From: Eledone cirrhosa
Lineage: Eukaryota
Reading direction: 5' to 3'
Length of the DNA: 64,000 nucleotides
Assembly: GCA_964016885.1 (NCBI GenBank)
Contig: OZ024742.1
Span: forward strand, 128,774,001-128,838,000
Part shown: in pieces, positions 13,360-26,285 of the stretch
Numbering within the stretch: the stretch's first letter is position 1
How the letters are laid out: each line of letters begins with the position of its first letter
The notes under the pieces: generated by a model
What the model saw: the letters and a program-made list of their open reading frames with translations, nothing else
Database searches by the model: none
What the model was told of the DNA's origin: nothing
Made by a program: the position numbers and the translations under genes

Positions 13360-13730
13360 TGCTTTACAGGGTGTTTTATTATGACACACCACTACCACTT
13401 TACAGAGAGTACTGGAAGCATTTTATCCTGACACCAGCACAACCACTTTACAAAGTGAACTGGGTGTTTTTTATCAATACACCAACACTACCACTTTACC
13501 AAGTAAACTGGGTGTGTTTTATCATGACACCAATACTACCACTTTACAGAATGTACTGAGTGCATTTTATCATGTCACCAACACTTTACAGAGTGTACTG
13601 GGGGCATTTTATCATATCACCAACACTGCCCCTTTACAGGGTGTACTGGGTTCATTTTATCATGACACCAACACTACACCTTTACAGAGGGTAGTGGGTG
13701 AATTTTAACATGACATCACTATTACCACAT
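13360..13730. repeat. 48-bp minisatellite, about 8 units
   Basis: CCACTTTAC recurs at 13395, 13443, 13491 and 13539. Unit is approximately CCACTTTACAGAGTGTACTGGGTGCATTTTATCATGACACCAACACTA. Confidence 0.9.
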
Positions 13731-14034
13731 TACTTACACAAACATGTTTGAAGGCAAGGCACTTTTCAGTTTTCATTTCCAAATTTTCAAGCAACCAACT
13801 GAACATTAGGGAGAAGAACAGTAATAAGGAATCTCAGAGTGGAAAAGAAATAAAGCCTCAGCTTAAAACAAAGTGTGTTGTGTGTTTGATTTTCTTTCTT
13901 GAGATTATAGACACAGACAGACGGACAGACGGGGACACACACACAATTTTATTAGTTTAGCCCTTTTGATACCAAACCACCACAAGTTTTATAATATAGA
14001 GCTATTTATTTTAAAGTCCTTGTATGTATCTATT

Positions 14035-14312
14035 GGAGGCGCATGGCCTAGAGATAAGGGTTTGGATTTACAATCATAATGTCATGGGTTCGATTCTTGG
14101 ACTCGGTTGTGTGTTGTGTTCTTGAGCAAAACACTTCATTCACATTGATCCAGTATACTCAGCTGTAAATGAGTATCAGCAATAGCTGGGGATTTAACCC
14201 TGCAATGGGCTGGCATCCTATCCATGGGGGGAGTCTTGTATTCTCAGTTGCTTCATGCTATGAAACCGGGATATGTACTGGCCTAATGAGCCTTCTGGCT
14301 TAAGACAGACTT
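14035..14312 (+). mobile_element. tRNA-headed CORE-type SINE with a V-like second domain
   Basis: GGAGGCGCATGGCCTAG head, GGGTTCGATTC B box, TGTGTTCTTGAGCAAAACACTT...CTCAGCTGTAAATGAG core, then CCCTGCAATGGGCTGGCATCC. Other copies near 5330-5580(-), 10090-10330(+), 14960-15220(-), 19810-20050(-), 20640-20880(+), 26760-27020(-) and 32880-33010(+). Confidence 0.8.
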
Positions 14313-15442
14313 TTATATGTATCTAAAAACCATTATGTTACAAACACCAGTTTAATAATGGTTTCTGATTTAGGCACAAGGGCAACACTTTTGGGGGAGC
14401 AGAAAATCAATTAAATTGCCTCCAGTGCTGTTATTAGTCCTTCCTTTTATTGACCCTGTAAGAATGAAAGGTAAAGCTAATCTCAGTGGGATTTGAACCC
14501 AAAATGTAAAGGGCCATAATTATGCCACAAAACATGTTGTCCGTTGCTCTACCAATACTGCCAATCTACCAACCTTTATGCCACCAGCTTAATAACGAGA
14601 AAGTTGTTTATGCTATTTGCCTATCCTTTTCAAATAATTTTGAAAAGAATAAACAGTGTCTTTCATCAGAACTACAGCAACAAAAGGGTTAAATCTACTT
14701 TTATTTATATCAAAGTAGCTGAAATTAAAAAATAAATCTTAATCTCATTATGTGGGTGTCAAGGACTAATTTTAGAAAATATGTCAACTTTGAATAATTT
14801 GATTTGAACTAAATGACTAATTTTAGAGTAGCTAGGAGTGAACGGATTTAAAACTTTAGTAAGGCATGAAAAAACAATTGCACTTATCTGAATATTGTTA
14901 TATATTATTATATATGACTGTGTTTCAATGAACATGTGTTGCTTGTTGGACCTATGTCGGTTCTGATAATGAGTATCCTAGTTATTCAATCAACAGAACA
15001 GCCTGCTCATGAAATTAACATGCAAGTGACTAAGCATTCCACATATACATGTAACATTAATGTAGTTCTGAAGGAAATTCAGCACAACTGTATGTGTGTG
15101 ACAAGGCTGGCCTTTTGATTTACAGACAACTCATTTTTGCCAGCTGCCGAGACAGAAGCAACGTGAAGTAAAGTGTCTTGTTCAAGTACACAACACACAG
15201 TCCCAAGCTGAACTTATGATCTTAACTTTTGTTTTTGGAAATATTTGTAGCTAACAGATTAATTAAAATATTAAATCTCTATATATTTTTTAATTATTCA
15301 ATCAATAATCAATATAAAATTAAAAACCAAATGAAGCAGGTTAAGTTGACAGCAATTAGACAGTATTAGTTCATACTTTTTCTGGGTTTCAGAGGGCAAC
15401 TTCACATTACGAAATGTTAAATTTTATTCTTAACTTCAAGCA

Positions 15443-15830
15443 TTAATTCTTAACATCCTGTAATGATGTAACAGAAAATATCTAACGGTGGATTTGTTAA
15501 TTCAAATATTTATAGTATTTATATTTGTGGATAGATTGTTGTGAAAATTTGCAATATTAGAGTAGAGAGTAAAGAATGAGGACTGGAGCAAAACCAACTG
15601 GCCTGTCTTGACTGGGGATTACTTGGAGATCGTTGTTTCTGACAGGAACCCCTGGAAGGTGTGTTTGAGGACTCATCCCCCATGACCTTCTCAGGAATAA
15701 GTGGGAGAAGGAGGAAGAGGAGGAGATGAAGACTTTAATTTTTAACATGAGACAGTCATAGTGTTGTTTTCTATTTTTCCTGATTGTGTTGCTAACATGA
15801 TTTCATGTGGTATAGGACATTAAATGTTAA
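15443..15830. mobile_element. TTAA-bounded MITE (TTAACTCTTAACATCCT ends) carrying an RTE 3'-end insertion at ~15580-15730
   Basis: Uninterrupted relatives near 8750-8955, 39997-40203 and 42900-43254. The insert matches the 706-895 family. Confidence 0.65.
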
Positions 15831-16640
15831 ATTATTTGAATTTTGTAGTTTCATCATGACTTTACTATAAATTACAACTAGGTGTTGTAATTCTTAACAT
15901 CCTGCACCACATGAAACCTTTAAAAAGGACAAAAGTGCACCATGACTGCACTATGCTAAAAGTCCCCACTCCAATACTGCAAAACTTTACAAACAAAAAT
16001 ACCAAAAACATCTGAATTAACAAAACCCGTTAAGAGTTAAATAAAATGATTGTTAAAAGTGAAAAAAAACCTATAAAAACAAACAAGTTGAATAAAAGCA
16101 AAATGTAGTTCTTTGGCTACAATATTCAAATGAGAATGAAGTAGAGAAAACAAGGTTTTTCTATTTCATTTTTTTTTCTTTCTTTTTAATCCTTTTGATT
16201 CTGATCTGTCTGAGACCACCACTGGTGTTACAAAATGAAACTGTTTTAAAGTGTTTATATTTATCTAAATTCTTTCCATCATAATTTTATGATGGCAGGA
16301 TTTTCTAATTTATGCTCTAAACATCAGCTTAATAATGAGAAAGTTACATTACTAAATCTTTCCAAATTCTTGAATATTTTCAAAATGATCTGAAAATCAT
16401 AGACAATAGTTTTCATTAAAAATATTCTAATGAAAGAGTTAAATGCATATGAAGAAGAGAAAATAATGTTTTTTTCTTTCTTTTTTTAAAGCTTTTACCT
16501 ATCAAATATATCTATCAAGTATATTTCATGAACTGGGTTTTTAAGTATCATCTTTTTGGGGGTGTTCCTCTCTCTCTCTCTCTCTCTATATATATATGTA
16601 TATGTATATGTATATATATATATATAGATAGATAGATAGA

Positions 16641-18701
16641 TTTCTTTATTAGCCACAAGGGCGCACAAGAAAAGGGGACAATACAAAGACATGCCGGGGA
16701 TTTTACATACAGTCGTGTAAAAAATATAAAAACAAACAATTACAACAATCGAAATCCTCAATAGCGGGGAGGCACCACAAATGGGTTGTTTAATACCCCG
16801 TAGATAGAACAACCCTCAACTTCAGGAGCGTGTTGTGCAAGTGTTTCTTTCTTCCTTTTGCTCTCTTCTTCAACCTACAGGCTTATAAACAGAGAAGGCC
16901 CAATCATTCAGGCCATTTTTGCTTCATTCACCCACCTTTCAGTAAATTTACTGGGGTGCAGTGCCTCTCTCTCCACCCTGATTCTCCTTCTAAAGTGATA
17001 CTTAAAGAAGGGAATCAATTGTTGTCCGGAGAGAAAGGCATCTGTCCTCAGTCCTCTCAACCTCGTCCACCATATAACTTCTTTCACCATAGCCACCGTA
17101 CAGAGGAAAACCGCCTCTCTTTCATTTTTGAAAGAGGCTGGCGGTTTGGCGGTTCGATCCTTACTATGGACTCTGCAGTCACCTGGATTTGTCCCATACG
17201 CGACAGCAGTTGTTCTGCATAGTTCCACAGGTCGGTTACACCCGGGCAGTGTACAATTGCGTGCAGGACTGTTTCAATGTCCTGCGTGCATCTTGGACAC
17301 GTCCTCTTGGAAGGATCCCTGCCAGGGTGTCCATGCTTGTAGATCTTGTCACGAACCGGTAGAGCTCTTCGGTAGCACTGCCAGGCCAGGGACCTCTGGA
17401 AGTTGTCCATAGGTCCCGGGCGGGAAGTCCTACCAAACAGACTATTGAGCTCATCGTCTTCGACACCCAGAGTTTCTCTGAGCACGTCGTCGCCCTTGTA
17501 ACGTATAATCCCTCTATAGAATGTCGAAGTGGAGTCTCCACTGATTGCTGCGCCCGCTTGCCAGAGGACTGTGAGCGCCTGAGCGCATTCAATATGCCAG
17601 GCGCCCATCGTTTTCAGTCTTTTCTTGACCCAGGACTGCAGCTCCGTCAGCGAGACGAGCTGTGGGAAAGCCTGTCTCACAAACGGTGCCCACACCGGTT
17701 GGGGGTTGGTGAGGAATACCTGAAGATGCCGCAGCCTCAGCACATGTTTGCGCATCATCAGCCACGGCATTCCCAGCCCTCCGTTGGAAGGGTGCTGACA
17801 GCAGACGGATCTCCTCACCAGTGGAGCCTGCTTCTTCCACAGAAACTGGAAGAGCATGCGTTCCATCTTGGCGAGGTGTTCACGGGGACAAGGCACGACA
17901 GTCAAGCGGTAGTAGATGACGGACGCTATGAAAGTGTTCGCCACTTCCGCTCGACCTTTCAAGGACAGTTTGCACTCTGCCCACTTCTGGGTGAGTGCAA
18001 ATACCTTGGCCGTGACCTCGTTCCAGTTGTTCTCCACCTGGAGGTCTGGACCGAACCAGACCCCGAGCAATTTCACCGGTCCGTCCGTCCAGCGTCCAAC
18101 GACGCTGTCGGATGTCATTGGTTTGCCTCTCCACGTACCGAGTTGCAAACCGACAGACATGTCCGGGTTTAGTTTTGCTCCCGTCAGCGTTTTGTATTCT
18201 TTCAGTAAGTTGCCGATCACCCCGATTTCCGAGGTGTTCGACACCATTACCGTCATGGCGTGATTGCAAACGGTTCCGATAGGTAGCCGTTCACCTTGAC
18301 CCTCGAGCAGATGCTGGTGTGCATCGCCTCGATCCATCCTCTGAACACGGGACCAAAACCGGCCGCCTTGAGAACCACTTCCAAGTATCGATGGTCGACC
18401 CTATCGAATGCCTTAGACTGATCCAAGTTGATCAGAGCCCCACCTTCTCTATGATGTATCGCATGAGGTGGAGGTTGTCGTGTATGGACCTGGCTGGGAT
18501 TGCACACGTTTGCGCTTTCCCTACCAGGTTCTCGACGACAAGCGCCAACCTCGTCGCTAGCACCTTGTCCAAAATCTTTAACTCTGTGTTGAGCAGAGTT
18601 ATGGGCCTGAAGTTGTTAATTTTGTCCCCCTTGTTATCGTCTTTCCTGATCAGCGTTACTACGCCCTTGCCTGCAGAACTGAGAATTCTCCCGTTCTGCT
18701 G
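16641..18701 (-). mobile_element. 5'-truncated L1/Tx1-clade LINE (RT C-half and Cys-rich tail), pseudogenised
   Basis: ALINLDQSKAFDRVDH, KLLGVWFG, LSLKGRAEVANTFIASVIYY, GGLGMP, CPRC...ETVLHAIVHC and a 3' AATAAAGAAA. Colinear with 52195-54402. Confidence 0.93.
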
Positions 18702-19395
18702 ATTGATAGATAGATAGATAGATAGATATCAACATAAAGTCATTCACTTTCAGTCACATATACTTCTAAATTGATTAAATTACTTTTCATTGCTCTCACT
18801 TATTTTCTCCCTCTCTAGTGACTTATAAGCCATGGATTCAACATTACATTTGTTTTGTTTTTTTAGTTTTTAGGAAAAAAAAAAGACCTGAACAATTTAC
18901 CTATATAATGAGGACTAGAGAGTGATATATGTAGAGTAGCAGTGAACTCAAAATAAGCTGGGTTCTTCATCTGGTTTTCATTCCCTGCCATAGCCCCTTC
19001 TCTCCAATTAAACCATTAATGCCCTTGAGAAAATCATACAAATTACAACAACCCTCCATACATTAAATTCTTAGATTTCATGCCAAATTTGGAGAAGGCA
19101 ATAGAAGAATTCACTCTGAAGTACTCCTATCGTCGTACAAATTATGATCTGAAATAGATAAGCTTCTAAGATAGTTTCACTTTTCTACTTCCCAACCTGA
19201 TATTGAATGGGACACCTAACAGCTACACCATATCTTTGGCTGCATTAAGCAGAATCCACTCAGTTCCTTTCCTGTGTGTGTATATGTGTATGTATACATA
19301 TATATATGTATGTAAAAGGTAAACTGAAATAACACAATCGGTACAGTATATGCAAGAGATATATTAGGTTAACGCTTGATATAGCAGGAAGAGGG

Positions 19396-19431
19396 TCTTA
19401 ACGTTTCGGACGCTAGTCTTTCATCAGAAGA
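19396..19431 (-). ncRNA. Minimal type I hammerhead ribozyme (Penelope pLTR type)
   Basis: Minus strand reads TCTT-CTGATGA-A-AGAC-TAGC-GTCC-GAAA-CG-TT-AAGA. Stem I is 4 bp and stem III is the palindrome ACGT. Confidence 0.72.
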
Positions 19432-20810
19432 AAGAATGAGAAATAAGATAGATTGAGGGGTCGGGTGAGATGGAATTGGAAAAAATGTCTTTAGATAAAA
19501 ATAACAGGTCGATTCATGTTGACATATATACACACACACGCATTTTTTTTTCCTGTAGATATTCAGACTGAGAGTTAGTCCTACTCCTATCACCAATTTA
19601 GAAGACCCTTCAATATGCCAAGAGTATTGTCCTTTCTCCCCTGACTCATCATAATCATCATCATCATCATTATCATTATTTAATGTTCATTGGGTCATCA
19701 TAGATCAAGGGTTGTTTGGGTCATCATAGACCAAGTCAGAACTTAGTTGGGGCTACTGACCTTGCTTAGAGTGTCAAAAGATCTAAAGTCTACAGTATCT
19801 AAAGTCTGTCACAAGCCCGGAGGTTCAATCAGTCCAGTGCTTATCCCGGTTTCCATGGTGTGAAGTACAAGACTACCTCCATAAACAAGATGCCAGTCCA
19901 TTGCTTGTACTCATTTTCAGCTGAGTATACTGGAGCAATGTGAAATGAAGTGTTTTATTCAAGAACACAACACACAACCCAGTCCAGAAATCAAACCCAT
20001 GACATTATGATCCTAAGTCCAACACCCTTACCCCTAGGCCTCATGTCTCCACTTATATATATAGGGTCTCAATAATATAATCATGTCGTCAGATTGATTT
20101 CACTTAGGTAGTTGTTGGAACTGTACAGAGTTTATGAACTACACTCAAGTGATAGATAAGTATAAGTTTTTCAGTCTGTTGCAAAGTTGGCCAAGCCAAA
20201 GTTTTAACAAACGTTACAAGGAAAGGTCAACAACTGTTCTCTATTTGGTTGAATCAGAATAACAAGCTATGACCTGCATCTCTTAGTTAACATTTGTCTG
20301 GTTTTCTTATCGATTCTATCTAATTATAAATATGCTGGGATTTAAGAAAAATAACTTAGCTCATTCTATTGAGAGAGAGAGAGAGTGTGTGTGCATGTGC
20401 GTGTGTCAACAGCATTTTACATCCATTTTTCAATGTTATGCATGGATAGGTTGGATAGATCTTTTCCAGCACAGCTTGCTTCCAGTCCTGTCATCTCCTT
20501 CGAGGTTCAGCATTTTGAGATCAGCTCTCACCATTTCTGCCCAAGCCTTCCTCAATCTACTGCTGTAGCTTCCTTCCAATGATATCTTTCTTTACCCACA
20601 CAAATGTGTGTGAAGGGGTTTGTATTTATACATATGTGAAGATGTGTCGCCTAACAATTAGAGTGTTAGATTCACAATCATAAAGTTATAGGTTTGATCC
20701 TGGATTTCACAGTGTATTGTGTTCTTGAGCAAGGCACTTTATTTCATAATGCTCCACTACATCCAGCTGAAAAAGATGAGTATCAGCAGCAGCTGGGAGT
20801 GTGTGTGTGT

Positions 20811-20841
<31 letters not shown>

Positions 20842-21404
20842 GGGGGGGCTTGCAATGGATTGGCATCTAGTCTTTTCATAATAGAACTAGAGCTGCTATC
20901 ATTAAACACTCAAGAAACGTCCTTTGAGATGCAAATTCTTAGGAGACCAGTCAAACCTGCATATATGTGAGCTATAAATTTCATTTTTTTCTTTATTTCA
21001 TATATATATACCAACATATGTGTACACAAGAAGGTAAAAAAAAACATATTCAATACCAAATACAGAATATCATATTATATTTTTGGAAACCAACACCTCA
21101 TATTTCTTAAGTCAGAGTTTCTTATCTTCAATCCTCAGAAAAATATCTGAAATGTGTTAAGAAATATATTATTTTAAATATATAGGAAAGCTATATCTCA
21201 ATGAGACTCCTTCATTGAAATTTGCCAGTCATTTGAGCAATTTCTCCACCATAACACTTAGCAGCTATCCACAAGTCCTAGCATTACCCTTCTCTGTTGT
21301 TATCAATCACTAACTCTCCCTTACCATCACACACATTCATTGGCAGACCTCCTAGCAAAAACCAAGGAACATGCAAACATATACAGTTCACAACTTTAGT
21401 GGTA

Positions 21405-21541
21405 CATATATATATATATATATATATACATACATATATATGTATATATATATATACATATATACATACATATATATGTATATATATATATATACATATA
21501 TACATACATACATACATACACACACATACATACATACACAC
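21405..21541. repeat. (AT)n/(ATAC)n microsatellite
   Basis: Direct reading. Confidence 0.95.
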
Positions 21542-22037
21542 AGTTTCAGATGATTCCGTAAGGGTGAAAGCCAAATTGTTTTGCTTACTCTGTCCTAATA
21601 ATAAATATTTGCTCTGCGGGTTTATATATATATAATCCTTATCGAGATCTCTTTTGATTTGGGTTTTTGTATTTATTATTACATATATATATATATACAT
21701 AACACACACACAGGCACAAACACAATTTCAAGGAATTTACACACATTATTGTACATGCATTCATGTACAATGTCTATAGAAGATATGTATATTTATAAAT
21801 ATATAGCATGTAGTCGCTCAATTATATACGAGCGAGACATGGTCTGCCGACCATTCCCGCACCAAATGGAACAAAACCGTCTGACCCATGCTAGCGTGGG
21901 AGATGGAATTTAAACGATGATGATATATATATACACACACACACACACATGTACGTGTGTGTGTCTGCATGTATCTTGGTAAGATGTTAACCAATGTCAC
22001 TTAAAAACATACCTATATATACATATATAAAGGAAGA

Positions 22038-22211
22038 TATAAACCCAAACATGGCGCCGAGGTTTCGGTACGTGGCTAGCATTCTCAAGCATATACCCTT
22101 GGCAAGACTTTCCACATAGAAGCCGAAAGTATGAGGCATCGTGGTTAGGTTTATACCTTCCTTTATACCTATTCTGCTTCTTCCTATGCATAGAGTACCA
22201 CCCTGATTTGT
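22038..22211 (+). other. Long-hairpin element with conserved 32-nt tail (copy 1)
   Basis: Imperfect inverted repeat at 22038-22155, followed by CTTCCTATGCATAGAGTACCACCCTGATTTGT, also found at 26433-26464. Confidence 0.65.
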
Positions 22212-23199
22212 GGTCTGCCCAGTTTCAGCACCACAGTGTGCGTGTGCGTGCGCGGTGTGTGTAAATATATATATATATATATGTTTGAGAAAATGCCTTG
22301 CGTGGCTATGATCATACAAAGTAAATTTTTTAAAAAGTGGCCAAAGATGATGGAAAAATGGATGAAACACAGGATAGTCCCTTCTCATCAGCCGACTGTG
22401 GAAGGTCCTCAAGCTTTCGGTGTGTTAGGGTCAATTCCACTAGCACCAGTACACATAGGACAGTAACAAATGGACACACGATAGGACAATTGATTCTTTA
22501 GACAAACAAAATTTGCTACAAATTAATGCAACTGGAAAGAAGAGATAGAAACAAAGCCCGACATAGCCAAAAAAGAGAAAGTATGCACAGAAAGCAAAGT
22601 GAGAAAAAAGAAGTGTTCATACGTTTTATACAGACAACAGAAAAAAGCAGAAAGTGAGAAAAAGAAAGAGAATATATATGTGTGTAAAGAGAGAGAAGCA
22701 TGGAGACAGACAGCAAGAGATTTGTTTTGTTTCTATTCATTGTCCCGTTTTAGTGATAGCAGCTTAAAAATAAGTTTTTATCTTTGCATTTAACATTACA
22801 CCATAACAAAAACAACTGAAGGAAAAAAAAAACAGAGAGAAAAACATCCAAGAGACAATCTCCTGTAATTTCTACAAAATGCTGTATATATTCTAATGTT
22901 CACAAATAAAATGGTTTTAACTTTCATTACCAAATTATTAGTACGCTGCCTATAATTTTCAAACTTTATATTATCTTATCCCACTCTTAATCATCCTAGC
23001 TTTGATTTTAAACATAATGTACCTAAGACTGCATTATTTAATATGCATGGTCCTATGACTCCTGAAGATATCTTAGGGGCACCATATAGATATATGGCTT
23101 TTCTATGGCATTTTAAAATCTTGTAGAACCCAATCCTCTCCAGGTCTGAATATAGATTTCTTTCAGAGAAGGATAAAGAGTGAGAGAATGGAAGTGAGA

Positions 23200-23662
23200 T
23201 AGAGATACAGAGGAAGAATTGACCCTAGTACTAGACTGGAATTTTATTTTATCAATCTCGAATGGATGAAAGGTAATGTTGACCTCATTTGGTAGTATCA
23301 GTAGAATGTTGGACAACATGCTTTATGGCATAGAATTACGTCCCTTTACCATCTGAGCTCAAATCCTGCTGAGGTTAACTTTACCTTTCATTCTTACGGG
23401 GTTGATAAAATAAAGTACCAGTAATGCACAGGGGTCGATTTAATCGACTTCCCCCTCCCAAAAAATTGTTAGCCTTGTACCGAATTGACAGTATCAGTAG
23501 AGGGTCGAACACCATGATTTGCAGCATGGAGTTACGCCTCTTTATGGTTTGACTTCAAATCCTGCTGAGGTTAACTTTGCCTTTCATCCTTACGGGATCG
23601 ATAAAATAAAGTACCAGTAATGCACCTGGTAATTGCTGGCCTTGTGCCAAAAGTAGAAATAA
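23200..23662. mobile_element. Cluster of tRNA-headed Meta/MESC-like SINEs
   Basis: Repeated GAGTTCAAATCC-GCTGAGGTTAACTTTGCCTTTCATCCTTACGGGGTCGATAAAATAAAGTACCAG. One minus fragment and two tandem plus copies. Confidence 0.8.
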
Positions 23663-25249
23663 TTATTCAATATAATAGGGTGTAAATTTAGGATGGTTTG
23701 GCTGCTATTTCTAGCAAGCAAAGTTACTATGTAGAGGCTCCACATTGACTTGAGGTTTCTTTTTTTTTGTTTTTGTTGAACAAAATAAGATTGAGTTGTT
23801 GCAGTGTTAAAAAAATTAAGATACTTTACATCATCTATTTCATTATTTAATGTTTTTATTTTCCCTTTCAACAGTTTGTCTTTGGATAAAGTACAGACAT
23901 GCCCTCTACAAGATGACTGTTTATGCATTTGAAAGGGTGCACTCACCATGCATATACATATTCTGGAATATTTACAGAATAGACCTTCATTTGAATAAAT
24001 GTCCCATAAACATTGGATGATTTAGCATGACACGATGTATGAAGAGGCTAGCCCTTTGAATTACAGGTACAGTCCATCCAACAAACTTCCAAACAGTTTT
24101 TGTCTACCTTATTTCACTCACAAAGCATGTGTCAAGTCAAAACTTTGATAACTGACACTTGCCCAAGATGCCATGCGGTACAAGTGAACCCGAGACCTAA
24201 TGATTGCAAAGCAACCTTAAGCACACACTCTGGAAGAAATCAGCTGTGTTCTGACCTTGAAAGAGAGAGGCCATGCCAGATTTAAAATGCTCAAATGTAT
24301 CAAGGTGGCACCCCTATGACTCCATCAGAAGTTAAGGGCCCACGCTTCCTTCCTAATATTGAGTTATACAGTAGAAATATAATGGTCCATTGGAGACCCT
24401 AACAGACTTTTAGCTCAAAGACCTTAAGTTCAAATCTACTACAAGTGTAATTTGGGCAACAATTTATTTCCTCATTTCATTCTATACTGTCTTGGTTTTT
24501 AGAATAGATATACCATATCTCTACATGTCATAATAGCTGATTAAAAGGTTTGGCACCAGGAAGGGATTCTGTTGTAAACAGTGTCTCAAAACATCCTGTC
24601 CAACCCATACAGAGAATGTATGTATGGATGGTCCCGTAACTCCTGATAGAGTCGTAGAGGTGCATATTGACATACAGCATTTCTTGGGAATTTTAAGCCT
24701 GGCAGAGCCCACCCCTCTCCAGGCCTGAGTACAGCAGATTTCTTCCAGAGAAAGATAGAAAGTGAGAGAGAGAAAGAAAATGAGAAAGAGATATAGAGGA
24801 AGAATTGACCCAGGTACTAGACTGGTAATTTTTTTTATCGACTTCAAAAGGATGAAAGGCAAAGTTAACCTTGGCGGGATTTGAACTATAAGAGCAGAGA
24901 ACCGGAACGAATACCATAAAGCATTCTATCCAACATTTTAACAACTCTGCCAATTAGAAAAGGAGAGGTAAAAAGGATGGTGGTGGTGGTGGTGGTAGTG
25001 ATGCTTCTAAAATGCCTCTGTTCACCGAGGTGTTAGGAATAAGTATAACATTTGGGAATGTCATTGGAGAGAGAGAGAGACCAGTGTCTTGTCTAGACAA
25101 AGGCTTAGTTTTCACCAACATACACTATGAAACTGGAACTAAGTACTACTAGATCTTAAAGACAACTAAAGTTTGAGAAACATTGACATTTATAATTGGT
25201 GTAAGAGGGAGGTATATACAAATAAATTATACTATACTACTGGCACTTG

Positions 25250-25520
25250 TGGAGGTGTGTGGCCTAATGGTTAGAGTGTTGGATTTATGATCATAATGTC
25301 ATGGGTTTGATTCCTGGGCTGGGTTGCGTGTTGTGTTCTTGAGCAAAACACTTTATTTCACATTGCTCCAGTATACTCAGCTGAAACTGAGTCCAGCAAA
25401 AGCTGGGGATTTAACTTTGTGAAGGACTGGTGTCCTGTACAGGGGGGAGTCTTGTATTCTAAGTTACTTAACACCTCAGAAACCGGGCTAAGCACCAGCC
25501 TGATGAGACAGGAAGACTTT
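25250..25520 (+). mobile_element. tRNA-headed CORE-type SINE, full length
   Basis: Colinear with 14035-14312. Confidence 0.8.
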
Positions 25521-26235
25521 TTTTATTGTCTCATGCAAAGTTTAGCTAACTAAGAATTATGGCCGCAATAAAATGTTCTAAAACATTTTGAGTGTTCTAC
25601 AGTCTTAGCTATGTTCAATTATAATGAATAATAATATTTTCTAACTTAGGCACAAGACCAGAAGTTTGAAAAAAGGTTTAGTCAATTTAGTCCTTTAGTA
25701 TTTACATTACTCTAAATATACTATTGTATTTTCACAGTAAACACTTTGTTTCTCTTAATTACCTTACATAATATCGAATCTATGAGATTTTTATATTATT
25801 TATTTTGAGAACAATACCTTAACATCAGTATGAGTGGTCATTTACGGCTGGTTTGAACAGAAAGATGTGAAAGAATTCTGGTCGGATATCACCAGTTTTA
25901 ATGCTAAAGGGTTAAATCGACCCCAGTATTTAATTGGTATTTTTTTTTATCAATTCAGGAAGGATGAAAGGCAATGTTAACCCTGACAAGATTTGAACTA
26001 AAAACACAAAGACTAAAAACTAAATACCTCAAGATTCCTAATAACTAAATACCTCTAATGATTCTCTCAATCTGCCACCTTCTTTATAATGTATAGTAGA
26101 TATTAATTTATTGAAACTTTACCAACAATTCTTTATCAAAACAAACAATATGGTCTAAGATTCTTTATATTGAATGGCTCTGTACTAAATAGATAAGACT
26201 TCCCAAATATGAAGAAATGGTTAAAATTCCACTCA

Positions 26236-26266
<31 letters not shown>

Positions 26267-26285
26267 CAGAGAGGGGGGGGGGGGG

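Noticed and set aside
13360-13730. Regularly spaced repeats resembling a CRISPR array
   Set aside because: The whole 48-bp unit repeats with no unique spacers, there are no cas genes, and the context is eukaryotic.
14035-14110. tRNA gene-like heads with A and B boxes
   Set aside because: No complete cloverleaf, and each continues into a SINE body.
25478-25515. GAAACCGGG...CCTGATGAG in CORE-SINE tails as a permuted hammerhead
   Set aside because: No stem II or III can be formed and the core is not kept in other copies (CTAATGAG, CTGATGGA). It is an ordinary SINE tail.
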